Shown: positions 1 to 10,200 of the stretch, piece after piece
Numbering within the stretch: position 1 is the first letter of the stretch
Layout: each line of letters begins with the position of its first letter
Source of the DNA: Nitrospirota bacterium
Lineage (GTDB): Bacteria; Nitrospirota; Nitrospiria; Nitrospirales; NS-4
NCBI GenBank assembly: GCA_963788195.1
Contig: CAWBGA010000011.1
Span: 1 to 64,000 of the forward strand
Reading direction: 5' to 3'
DNA: 64,000 nt
Notes under the pieces: model-generated
Database searches by the model: none
What the model was told of the DNA's origin: nothing
Seen by the model: the letters and a program-made list of their open reading frames with translations, nothing else
Program-made: the position numbers and the translations under genes

Positions 1-396
1 GCGATAAATCCGATTTCTGCGTGCATCACTGCCCCTTCGCTTATCCACGGAGGCACTTCTTTTCCAACATGGGTGATAGTGGCCTCAGGAGACGGCTTTC
101 TGTATGCCCTGGATAAAAATGATGGAAGGGTAGTCCTTTCCCCCCTTCAACTGGGTGGGCAGCCTACACGTGGAGCCCCGGCTATCGTTGAGGGCCGGAT
201 CTATGTGGCAATGCGGGATGGACTTGTTGCTGTAGGTAGCGTATTTCGTCCACATGTTCCCTCCGGTACCGCCTCGGGGACCCCACCCTCCATCCAGCTC
301 CGAGGCCTCGAGGGTGGCCAGCCGGCCGAGCCATCCCCGGGAATATCGAGTCCCGCGGAGCAGTCGGGCGAAAAAAAACGTGAACAGGGCTCGTGA
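1..396 (+). CDS. PQQ/BamB-like beta-propeller protein, 3' part (5' end outside window)
   Basis: Frame is open from base 1; GDGFLYALDKNDG and PAIVEGRIYV blade motifs; Pro/Ser-rich tail containing IQLRGL. Confidence 0.65.
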   Translation, partial: AINPISACITAPSLIHGGTSFPTWVIVASGDGFLYALDKNDGRVVLSPLQLGGQPTRGAPAIVEGRIYVAMRDGLVAVGSVFRPHVPSGTASGTPPSIQLRGLEGGQPAEPSPGISSPAEQSGEKKREQGS

Positions 397-1797
397 GAGT
401 AACTGAGTGCCACCCAGTGATGACGCGTACCGCCCTTATCTGGGTTGCCTTGTGTGCTTTCCTGATGCTTGAGGGGCGCCTGCTCTGCATTCCCATCTCA
501 GATGCTCAGGCGGGCACCACCTCTCGTGTGAGCGTTGGCATCGGGGGTATTCAAGTAGGCTTTGCAAGTAGCGAACCCGCCATCATCGCAGACGGACGCT
601 ATATCGCCTTCGCGTCAGACGCAAGGCAGCTTGTCCCGGGGGACTCTAACAATAAGTCGGACATTTTTGTCCATGATAGGCAGACCGGGCAAACCACGCG
701 AGTGAGCATCGCTACCGGCGGCGGCCAGGCAGGGACGAATCCAGCCACGATCCCGCCATTAGTGCCAATGGCCGGTATGTCGCGTTCGCTTCCTATGCGA
801 CGAATCTTGTTCCACAGGATACCAACCAGCGGAACGATATCTTTGTGTGCACGATCGGCCGACGTTGCAGACTTCACGCGTCAGCGTAGTCACCGGTGGT
901 GGCCAAGCGAGCAGATGAAGCTGATAGGCCGGCGATCAGGTCTAACAGGGCGGTATGTCGCCTTCAGGTCGACGCAGGGAATTTCGTCCCGGGCAACACC
1001 AACCAGAGGGAGCGGAATGGGGGGGTTGTGCACGACCAGCAGAGTGGACAGACGACCCGAGTCAGCGAAGCTTTCGGCGGTGGTCCGCCGAACGGTTATA
1101 GTCGCGCTGCCGCTATCAGTGCGGACAGCAGGCCGGTATGTCGCCTTCCAGTCATCAGGCCTCGAATCCCGTTCCAGGAAACATCAACCAGGGCATTCGG
1201 AACGATATCTTTGTGCACGATCGGCAGACGGGACAGACGACCCGAGTCACCGAAGCCTTGGGCGGTGGCCAGCCAAACGGTGGCGACGCAGGATCCCACC
1301 ATGAGTGCGGACAGCCGGTATGTCACGTTTGAGTGCAGGGGCGTCGAACCTTGCTCCCGGGGGACACCAATCAGCATCGGGATATCTTTGTGTTGGATCA
1401 GGCAGACCGGGCTCGCTACGCGCGTGAATATGGCCACCGGCGGTGCTCAGGCAAATGATCTCAGCATGACTCCGGTCATCAGTGCGGACGGCCGGTATGT
1501 CGCGTTTTTTTACTCCCGTGCCACAAATCTGGTTTTGGGAGACAGCAATCCAAAGGCGGAATATCTTTGTACACGATCGGCAGGCCGGACAAACAACCCG
1601 TGCTGATTGTCGCCACTGATCAGTTACAGGCGAATGGCGACGGTTTGGTTTCAGCCTGCCAGTGCGTGGAGATGGGCGGTATCCTCACATTCACTCAAAC
1701 GCCTGGAATATTTCGTATGCGCACGAACACGAACAAATCAGATAAAGTACAAGCAAATGCCTTCGGGAAACCCTACCTGCCGCCGCAATTACACTGA
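393..1797 (+). pseudogene. Secreted TolB/PD40-type beta-propeller repeat protein, multiply frameshifted (decay or assembly error)
   Basis: Signal peptide; repeats ISADGRYVAF..S.A.NLVPGD.N...DIFVHDRQTGQTTRVS are spread across several + frames; 3' end uncertain. Confidence 0.7.
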
Positions 1798-2077
1798 AAT
1801 CCGGCGGCCAAAGCCCGTGGGAGAAGGTGGTACGCGTCCAGCTCCACCTCCGCGATTGCCCCCGGCACTCAACCGCCAATCATGCAGCGTGGTACCGCAG
1901 TTGATCCACCTGAGCAGTCGGGCGGGACGAAACCCGAATAGGATCTGACGTAAAAGTTTAGCGACAGAGCGGTGGTTCCCGATCGCAGTCTCATCGCGAC
2001 CCTACAAGCACGGTTTTAAGTAAGCGGTCGAAAGTATAAGGACCTCGGAAGAAGTATTAGGAGTGACAGCGCGCGAG

Positions 2078-2106
2078 TTGACGTTGCACTGGGGCAAGCA
2101 TAGAAT
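2078..2106 (+). promoter_or_regulatory. sigma70-type promoter for the 2186-10314 cluster
   Basis: TTGACG-N17-TAGAAT. Confidence 0.6.
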
Positions 2107-2185
2107 TCTTCGCTCGGGGAGCCATCGGGCCTGACTTCCTAAGGGAGTTTCCCATGGATCTCCGCGATTGAGAGGGGGCATTACC

Positions 2186-3547
2186 ATGAAGACGATACGT
2201 AACGATTGGACCCTACCGCTCAAGATGGTTTGTCTGATCATGTTGCTGCTTCCGGGAACGGTTCCGGACTTTGTGGCCGAGGCTCAGATTCCGCGTCGAG
2301 TTGTCGCCGTGTATCAGTTCAATAGCGTCATTCCAGACATTTCAGGTCCCCTGGCACGGGAGTTGTTCATCGGCGCGCTGGTCCGCTCAGGCAAATTCGC
2401 AATCGCTCCGCCGAACGCAGCTGGGGCCGAGTACATCTTTGACGGGGCCATCAGCGAGAGTAAAGCTGCGAAGGGCAGTATGAAGGGCGTCCTAAAGGAT
2501 CTCCTGGCAGGAGAGCAGGCAGCCATAAGTTTCGATGTCAGAATCGTTGAGGCTCGCAGCGGAGTGCTCCTTGATTACGTCAACGTCACGACCAGGGAGA
2601 TGGTCGCCAGAAAACTAAAGTTGACGGACGTACTCGATGGAATGAAGTCGGGCAACCCATCGGTTCAAAACAAAGCGACCACCGACCTGTTGAGTCCCTA
2701 TATCACAGAGGCGGTCAATCGAATCGCAGCGAAATATGGACCGGCGCAAGCCGCAGGCCTCAACAACTTCCCTCAACAAGGCGGATTTGCTCAGCCAGGC
2801 TATCCGAATCCATCCGATCCCTATCAGTCCGGGTATCCCTCAAATCCCATGTCAACACCAGGATACAATCCATCCGGGTATCCGTCCACCCAATACCCAT
2901 CACAATTACCACCGGCGCAGGGCTACCCTCAGCAGGGGTATCCGTCGACCCAATATCCGCCAGCGCAACCCGGACAGGGTTACCCTCAGACGGGGTATCC
3001 GTCGACGCAGTATCCTTCTTCCCAGTATCCACCAATGGATCCCAATCAGCCCGGCTACCCTTCCTCCACGCAACCCGGCTATCCGTCGGCGCAAAATCCG
3101 TATGGAATCCCAGGGGCACCGGGATCACAGCCCGGCTATCCGCCGCCCCCATACCCTTCGCAGCCACAGGGATTGGGTGGCGCCGCTCCCGGCCAAGTTC
3201 AGCCCCGAGGAATTGACGACCCTCCTCCGTCCCCGATGGCGGACCTGCTGGCCAAATTTGACCCCGCTGAACATGAAGTGGCCGATGCGCGTGGGAAACC
3301 CGGACAACAGCTTCGTGATGGATCCAATCTGATCCATACCGACGCCTCAGGACACAAGCTGTTCGCGATTGTCGAGGGCGGGAACATCGTCGATTGGTCC
3401 GCTGCCGATGCCCTGGGCAATACTGTGCCTCTCATCCTCATGGGGAATGAATCAAGCTGCTGGGAGTGCGCGATGTCGCCTGGGTTGTGCTGGAAGGTGT
3501 CCTGCGCACTGGAGGACATTGACGCCCCGTCACCGACTCCCAAATGA
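2186..3547 (+). CDS. Secreted protein: CsgG/TolB-N-like domain, PGYP-rich linker, small C-terminal 4-Cys domain
   Basis: AGAGGGG RBS; signal peptide; VAVYQF..SGKFAI..AEYIFDGAISE..FDVRIVEARSG pattern; GYP repeats; VQPRGI. Confidence 0.6.
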   Translation: MKTIRNDWTLPLKMVCLIMLLLPGTVPDFVAEAQIPRRVVAVYQFNSVIPDISGPLARELFIGALVRSGKFAIAPPNAAGAEYIFDGAISESKAAKGSMKGVLKDLLAGEQAAISFDVRIVEARSGVLLDYVNVTTREMVARKLKLTDVLDGMKSGNPSVQNKATTDLLSPYITEAVNRIAAKYGPAQAAGLNNFPQQGGFAQPGYPNPSDPYQSGYPSNPMSTPGYNPSGYPSTQYPSQLPPAQGYPQQGYPSTQYPPAQPGQGYPQTGYPSTQYPSSQYPPMDPNQPGYPSSTQPGYPSAQNPYGIPGAPGSQPGYPPPPYPSQPQGLGGAAPGQVQPRGIDDPPPSPMADLLAKFDPAEHEVADARGKPGQQLRDGSNLIHTDASGHKLFAIVEGGNIVDWSAADALGNTVPLILMGNESSCWECAMSPGLCWKVSCALEDIDAPSPTPK

Positions 3548-3710
3548 TTCTCTCCGCACGATGACGACATGAGGAGACAGCATCCTGACGGGTCTGCTCC
3601 CGATCCTGTGCTTCCTTCACGTAAGAGACTTTCTGAAGACCGGTCGGGCTTGCTGACCGGTAGCGCCCTTGTCTATGGCACGTGAAATTTCGAAGATGGC
3701 CAAGCAGCCG

Positions 3711-4924
3711 ATGAATCGATGTCGTCTCATGACGTGGCACCGCCCTATTGGACATCCTGCCCTGGCTCTCCTCGTCGCCGTCTCCCTTGCAGCATGTGCG
3801 GCGATCCCGTTTGTCCTGCCGATGGCGCTTGAGTTTGCCAAAAGCCTGTTCAACGCGACGGCAAAAAACTATGCTCCCGCCTACAACGAAGACTTGATGG
3901 CGCTCCTGCATGTGCTCGTCCGGCCGTCCGGTTATTCCACAGGGTCAGCGGGGGACAGCCCCCCCTGGCCGGTATACGGCGCTGCTCCCGGACCGGGATA
4001 CCCGCCCTCTGCGATGGGCGGTGGGTACCCGCCGGCAGCCGGCGCTCCACCTGGTTTCCCAAACAATCAAACGCCAGGGTTTCCTCCGGCTGCGACCTAC
4101 CCACCGCCTTCACCGGAGTCCATATCCGGGCGGCCCTAACTATCCGGGCTCCGGCGGCTCTGTGTACTCCAATCCGCCGCCTCCGGGCGCAAACTATCCG
4201 TCGCAGAATTTTCCTTCCTCTCCCTATCCGAATAACCCACCTGCCGGCTATCCGCCGGAGTCGGTACTATCCCCCGGCCGGCGGAACCCCTGCCGTCCCT
4301 GTTCCAACGCCGAGCTCCCCGCCGGGCTCTGGCTATTCACAGCCGCGGCCGGTGGCCATCGCGTTAGACGTTGCTCTGCTGCGGAAGACTCCGACCGGGG
4401 TCCCTGTTCCAATCCAAGATGGGGATGTTCTTAAGGACGGCCGCGGTGACCCCCAGGCCGGAGACAAATTCAAAATTGTCTTTCGACCGACTGCCGATTG
4501 TTATGTCTACGTGATCGCCATTGATGGATCAGGATGGGCGCAAGGCCTGTTTCCGAGCAAACACTCGACTCTCACGAATCCTGTCCGAAAAGGTCAAGAG
4601 TACGTCCTGCCGGAAGGTCCCTATTGGTACAGCCTGGATCAGTACCGCGGCGTGGAAACGATTTATTTCGTGGCGTCCTATCAACAGCGAACCGACATCG
4701 AGCAGATTCTGACACGGATCGCAGGCCGTGAACGCTCCGCCACGGCAGTTCCGGCAAAGGTGGAACAAGCGCCGGTTCTTCCCAATGGGTTTGGCGCTGC
4801 CCAGCCTGGACCACCAGCAGTGGTCAAGACTGAATCGGGAGAGACACTGGTCACGCCGACCAGGTTTTTCCCCAATCAGGCCGGCGAAGACCTGCGTGTC
4901 ACACGATGGTTCCGCCATGAATAG
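3711..4924 (+). CDS. Lipoprotein with GYP-rich linker and C-terminal DUF4384-like domain (frameshifted about 4110-4350)
   Basis: Lipobox LAAC; GDKFKIVFRPTADCYVYVIAIDGSG..LFP..YVLP..WYSLD..GVETIYFVAS is typical of DUF4384; start approximate. Confidence 0.7.
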
Positions 4925-5059
4925 TTACGGCTGAGACGAATCAATCCTGCAGTCATCGTATCGGGAGTGCTCTGCTGCTGGGTGTTCAGTCACTCCCGCC
5001 GTCTCTTTTCTCAGTCAGGCCGCGGAGGACCTCCGCGTCACACGATGGAGGAAAACCCC

Positions 5060-5371
5060 ATGAGACCCATCAACCAGTTTGTCGGAATTGGAATCTTCTG
5101 CACCATGACGATGTTCTCCTTGTCGGTATTTGCCGCGCCGAATACCGGTGGTGGTCCTGGCACTCACAATTGTGCGGGAGTTCCAAGGACCTGCGGCGCC
5201 TGGGGAGCTCAGGGTGCAAACACCTGCCGGACCTGCCAGCAGGCACAGTGCAAGACAGAAAATGGCAAGGATGTCATCGCCGGCAACGTAACGCAGACCG
5301 AATGCTATGAAGGCCACGGTTCGCCGCCAAGCAGGGGCGCGCCGGCTCCGGTGCCACGTCCCAGCCGCTAA
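5060..5371 (+). CDS. Small secreted 6-Cys protein
   Basis: GGAGG RBS; signal peptide ending VFA; six Cys; Pro-rich tail. Confidence 0.65.
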   Translation: MRPINQFVGIGIFCTMTMFSLSVFAAPNTGGGPGTHNCAGVPRTCGAWGAQGANTCRTCQQAQCKTENGKDVIAGNVTQTECYEGHGSPPSRGAPAPVPRPSR

Positions 5372-5376
5372 TGAAA

Positions 5377-6300
5377 CCGGAAGGAGAAACACAATGCGAC
5401 CGAATGAATGCCGGGTTATCGAGTTCGCAAGCGTTTTCGTGATGGTTGCCGGAGGCGGTAGAGCAGACATGGGTGCGCAAGAGGCGTGTGCAGACCAAAG
5501 TTCGTCGTGGTGGCGGCAGAGGAGAAGGAACAGGCTCCAGGGGGAGGTTCAAGAGCGCGCCGTGCCGCGGAAAGGGGCGCCGGGGAGCGTGGCGCCCAAG
5601 ATGGAAGGGCTGATCATGGAGGGCAATCAAGTCAAGGCGATGCCCGGCTATGTGTTGGAAAAGGGACCGAACAATCAAGTGACCGCGCGCCGCGCCGGTG
5701 GAGGGAGTGGCGGTTTAGGAATCACTACGGTCATGTGCGTGTGTAAGTCGATAGAGCTAGGAGGCACATGCACAACAGATGTGATCGGCGGCGAGGCAAA
5801 GTGCTACAAGGGTAGTGGCAACTGTAGCGGTACATGTGCGTGGAGAATCATTACTACCGGCTCTAAAGACATTCGGCCCCAATAACCCTTTGATTCAAGG
5901 ATCTGCTTACTATCCTGGTAGGATGACTCTCCGCCATGACTTGAAGGAGCAAAACACAGGGCTCAGACCCCTTAAATCCGGAAGGAGAAAGACGATGAGA
6001 CGAATCAATTCCGTGATTATCGGGTTCGCAAGCGTTTTCGTAATGGTTGCCGGATCCGGTAGAGCAGAAATGGGTGCGCAACAGGCGTGTGCAGACCAAA
6101 GTTCTTTCGTGGTGGCGGCAGCAGAGAAGGAACAAGCTCCCTCGGGGGGTGTCGAGGAGCGCGCGGTGCCTCGCACAGGGCCAGGTAAGTCTGTCCCACC
6201 AAAACTGGAGGGCGCGGTCATCCAGGGTAAGGAACTCAAAGCATTGCCCGGGTTCGTCCTTCAGAAAGGTCCTAAGAACCAAGTGATGGCTCGACGAGCT
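5377..6300 (+). repeat. Tandem gene duplication (about 5377-5700 vs 5978-6300)
   Basis: Shared strings ccggaaggagaaa, ttcgcaagcgttttcgt.atggttgccgga, ggcgtgtgcagaccaaagttc. Confidence 0.85.
5394..5885 (+). CDS. Secreted Cys-rich precursor-like protein, paralog A
   Basis: AAGGAG RBS; leader nearly identical to 5995-6480; VQERAV; 6-Cys C-terminus; two compensating indels near 5500-5545. Confidence 0.7.
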   Translation: MRPNECRVIEFASVFVMVAGGGRADMGAQEACADQSSSWWRQRRRNRLQGEVQERAVPRKGAPGSVAPKMEGLIMEGNQVKAMPGYVLEKGPNNQVTARRAGGGSGGLGITTVMCVCKSIELGGTCTTDVIGGEAKCYKGSGNCSGTCAWRIITTGSKDIRPQ

Positions 6301-6480
6301 GGTGGCGGGCCTGGCGGTCTCTTCGCAACCAACGTCACTTGCGAGTGTATGGGAGAAGGAACTTGTCGACTTATTGTTACGTCAGCATCCGCGTTCTGCG
6401 AGAAGGGAGCAGAAGGCACCTGTAATGGAGGTTGCGAATTCGTAACCACTACGACGGCACACGGCATCATAATGCAATAG
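5995..6480 (+). CDS. Secreted Cys-rich precursor-like protein, paralog B
   Basis: AAGGAG RBS; VEERAV; ARRAGGG; 6-Cys C-terminus. Confidence 0.75.
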   Translation: MRRINSVIIGFASVFVMVAGSGRAEMGAQQACADQSSFVVAAAEKEQAPSGGVEERAVPRTGPGKSVPPKLEGAVIQGKELKALPGFVLQKGPKNQVMARRAGGGPGGLFATNVTCECMGEGTCRLIVTSASAFCEKGAEGTCNGGCEFVTTTTAHGIIMQ

Positions 6481-6499
6481 TCGGACGCGGGGGTGAGCC

Positions 6500-7210
6500 A
6501 TGAATGGAAGAATGATCTCGTTGTTCGGTTTGATGCTATGGAGCGTCCTTACTGTGGTCGGGATGCCGCAGGACGCGGCGTCTTCCACAATGGTCACATT
6601 GGACCGTCCCGTACATTTCGCGGCCGCGGCCGGAGGAGAGATCGTTGCCGCTCCAGGCGAGTACACAGTCCTGGCGGTTGAAAATTCCAGATTGCTCCTG
6701 ATTCCGGAGAAAGGAACCGTCCCGTTGTTGATCCAGGCGCAAACGACAAGCCACGAGGAAAGTATTACGTCGCCTGTGGTCCGCTCCATCCCGGCAGAAG
6801 GTGATGAACATCATATCCTGGTACTTTTGCCGGGAGGACAGGGGCGCGATGCGATCGGCTTCTACAGCGCCGGGCGCACGAAAGCGTCCCCGACGGCCCC
6901 AGGACCAACTCTCGACAAAGCGACAAGCCTTCCGCCCCGAGCGGCGGTGCCGTCTGCTTTGCCAACCCCTGCTACGCCAGTGCCTGGTTCGCCGGGGAAA
7001 CCGCCGGAGCTTCCAACCTCAGGCTCAGCGCCGATGCCTTCTCCAGAAGGGACCGCACCGATTCTTTCCTCGATGCACAATCTCAATGGCCGGCTTGCGT
7101 CGCTCGAGGTTCGACTGGACGAGATCGAGCGTCTGCTCTCAGCCATGGAATCAAAACTCGCCTCCCAACTTGATGCCTTGGATCGAAAGCTGGAAGGACT
7201 GAAAAAATGA
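6500..7210 (+). CDS. Secreted protein: shared ~100-aa N-domain, Pro-rich linker, C-terminal coiled coil
   Basis: Signal peptide; homology to the N-termini of the 11168 and 14310 proteins; heptad Leu repeats; ATGA overlap with the caspase gene. Confidence 0.75.
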   Translation: MNGRMISLFGLMLWSVLTVVGMPQDAASSTMVTLDRPVHFAAAAGGEIVAAPGEYTVLAVENSRLLLIPEKGTVPLLIQAQTTSHEESITSPVVRSIPAEGDEHHILVLLPGGQGRDAIGFYSAGRTKASPTAPGPTLDKATSLPPRAAVPSALPTPATPVPGSPGKPPELPTSGSAPMPSPEGTAPILSSMHNLNGRLASLEVRLDEIERLLSAMESKLASQLDALDRKLEGLKK

Positions 7211-10200
7211 CCGGCCGGGCCCCCCTCTTCTTGAATGTGACCCTCTGGGCATTACTTGCCGTGGTCGCGCCATTGGCCGGCGCTCATACCCCGGCCCCCG
7301 CGGACCTGGCCACACGCCTACTCGCCGGTCATACCGGAGAGGTCTTTGCTGTCTCATACTCCCCCGATGGCCGGGTGCTTGCAACAGCCGGCGGCGATCA
7401 AACGATCCGTTTATGGGAACCGGCGACAGGGCGCGAGCTCAATATCTTTCGCGGCCACATGGGCACGGTGCGCGCACTTGCCTTCTCACCCGATGGCAGG
7501 CTTTTGGCGTCGGGAAGCGCCGATACCACGATCCGCCTTTGGGACATGACGTCGGGCAAGGAGCTCAAGTCCTTGACCTCGCGCTTTGGGGGCATCCAGG
7601 CGATCGTGTTTTCTCCTGACGGGGACACGCTCGCGAGCGGGGGAACCGACGGGACGGTTCGGCTCTGGGACTGGACAAACGGCAAAGAACTCAAATCCAT
7701 GCGAAGCCGGTTCGGAATTATCTTTTCCATCGCGTTCTCGCCGGATGGCCGGACACTGGCGACAGGCAGCAGCGACCATCAGGTTCATCTGTGGGACCTG
7801 GCAACCGGGATGGAAAAGAGCGCGATGGCCGGCCATGAGGGTCACATCCATGCTGTCACCTTCTCGCCGGACGGCCGGTTTGTCGCCAGCGGATCGGAAG
7901 ATCGAGCAGTCCGTCTGTGGGATGTCGACACGGGGAAAGAGCGGAACGTCTTCACCGGCCACACCGCCGAGATCAATACGCTGGCGTTCGCTCGCGACGG
8001 CCGAACGCTCGTGTCTGCGGACTCTGCCGGCGCGATCAAGGTGTGGGACGTGGCGACCGGAAACGAACGAGCCTCATTAAGCGGGCACGCAGGACCGGTA
8101 TGGTCTCTTGCGGTCTCGCCGGACGGCAGCTTGGTCGCCACGGGGGGACGCGACCGAATCGTTCGTGTGCAGCCGCCCGCTTCGCCTGTCCTCAGTGCGA
8201 CGATGGCGGAAAAAATTAAGAAACGGGGTAACGAGATCGGGCCAGCTCCCTCGCCTCCGCCGCTGCCGGAAGCCGATTTGTCCATTCGGCCCTTGGAGGC
8301 CAAGGCCGGCAGTACGATCACGCTCGCGCTCACGGTGAAAAATAAAGGAAAGGGTCCCCTCTATCAGTTCCAGGCAAAAACGAAAAGCGCGGATCCACTG
8401 TTGGATGGCCAGATTTTTTATCTGGGGAAAATCGAAGCAGGCCAAAAAGCAGAGGATACTGTCACGATCAAAGTTCCGCAAGATCGCGTGGACGGCGAAC
8501 TGCCGCTACGTCTCGAATTTGAGGAACATAACGGCTTTACTCCCGACCCCGTCAAAGCCGTGATCGCCTTGAAGGGACTGCCCCGCCCTCGATTTGCCTA
8601 TACTTATCAGATCATTGATGACGGCAGCGGGAAATCAGTCGGGAACAGCGACGGCCGGATCCAAAAAGGTGAGGCGGTGGATCTGCTCCTGACCGTGAAA
8701 AATGTGGGAACCGTGCCCGCCCAGCAGACCGTGGCTGAGATTACCAGCTCCCCTACCCAGGGCCTCCGCATCACGGAGGGCGCCATTGATTTCGGAGTGT
8801 TAAAGCCTCAAGAAACGAAGACCGCCAGGGTCAACGTCTTCATCGCGAAAGAGTTGACGGCCACTCAGATTCCTCTCAAGCTTTTTATTCGCGAGAAAAG
8901 TCTCAATATCATACTCGATGAACCGCTCACATTGGCGTTGGACCAACGCCCGGCTCCTCAGATCATCGTGACGAACAAGATGGCGGCGGTTGTACGACAG
9001 TCGGTCAAGATCCACAGCGGAGCGGGACCGGAGACCACCGTCATTGCCTCGGCCGGTAAGGATCAACCGCTCGCCGTGACGGGCGAGTTGGGCGACTGGT
9101 ACCGCGTGCAGATCTCTGAAACTGAAAGCGGGTGGGTACAAAAGAGTGAGCTGAAGGAAGCAGCGATGTCCGCCAAAGGCGAGATGCCGATTCCTACCGT
9201 GACCGCGCCGCCAGTAGTCAAGGTGTTTCAGAATGCCCCACCGGTCATTGCCCTGGCCTCCCCGTCCAATGCTCAACAGTTGACGGCAGACCGGGTCCAG
9301 TTGATCGGGGCCGCCGCCAGTGAGAGAGGTATTGCGCGGGTCGAGGTCCGGCTCAATGGCCAGGTCCTTGCGCGGCGCGACACCCGAGGGGTTGCGGTTG
9401 TTCCAACAGAGGAGAAGACCGCCAATCTTCAGTTTTCCGAGCGAATACCATTGCGGGAAGGGAAAAATGAGATCGTCGTGACGGCAGTTGATCAGGAGAA
9501 TTTATCATCGACGCATACCGTGTCGGTTACCCGCATCATCGACAAGGGCAAAATCTGGGCGGTCGTGATCGGCATTTCGAAGTATAAGGCGGTCCGTGCT
9601 CTGCAATACGCCGATAAGGACGCGCTGGCCTTTTACGACTATCTGGTGAACCATGTCGGAGTCGCGAAGGAGAACACTACCTTGCTCATCAATGAGCAGG
9701 CTACCTTGGTGGCTCTCAAGCGGACCCTCGGGACGGAACTCAAACGCAAGGCAGGCGAAAAGGACACCGTCATCATCTATTACGCGGGCCATGGCGCCCC
9801 GGAGAGTGAGGCCACCGCTTCGGACGACGACGGCCTCGAGAAATACATCGTGCCCCACGACGCCGATCCAAACGACCTTTACACAACGGGCTTGCCGATG
9901 CGCGAAGTGGAGACGATCTTCCAACGCCTCGCACCCGAGCGCGTCATCTTTATCACCGATTCGTGCTACAGCGGCGCGACCGCCGGCCGAACCTTCCAGA
10001 CCGCCTCCCGACGTGCCGTGATTTCGGAAGCCTTTTTATCGCGGCTTTCCAAAGGCAAGGGCCGCATCGTTCTGACGGCCAGCCGCGCCAGTGAGGTGAG
10101 CGAAGAGCGAGAAAATCTGGGGCATGGTGTTTTCACCTATTTCCTCTTGGAAGGCCTCAGAGGCAAGGCCGATCTGGATGGGGACGGTGTCATTACCGTG

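Noticed and set aside
2760..3180. VNTR or DGR-like repeats
   Set aside because: Explained by GYP coding repeats; no reverse transcriptase or adenine-specific pattern
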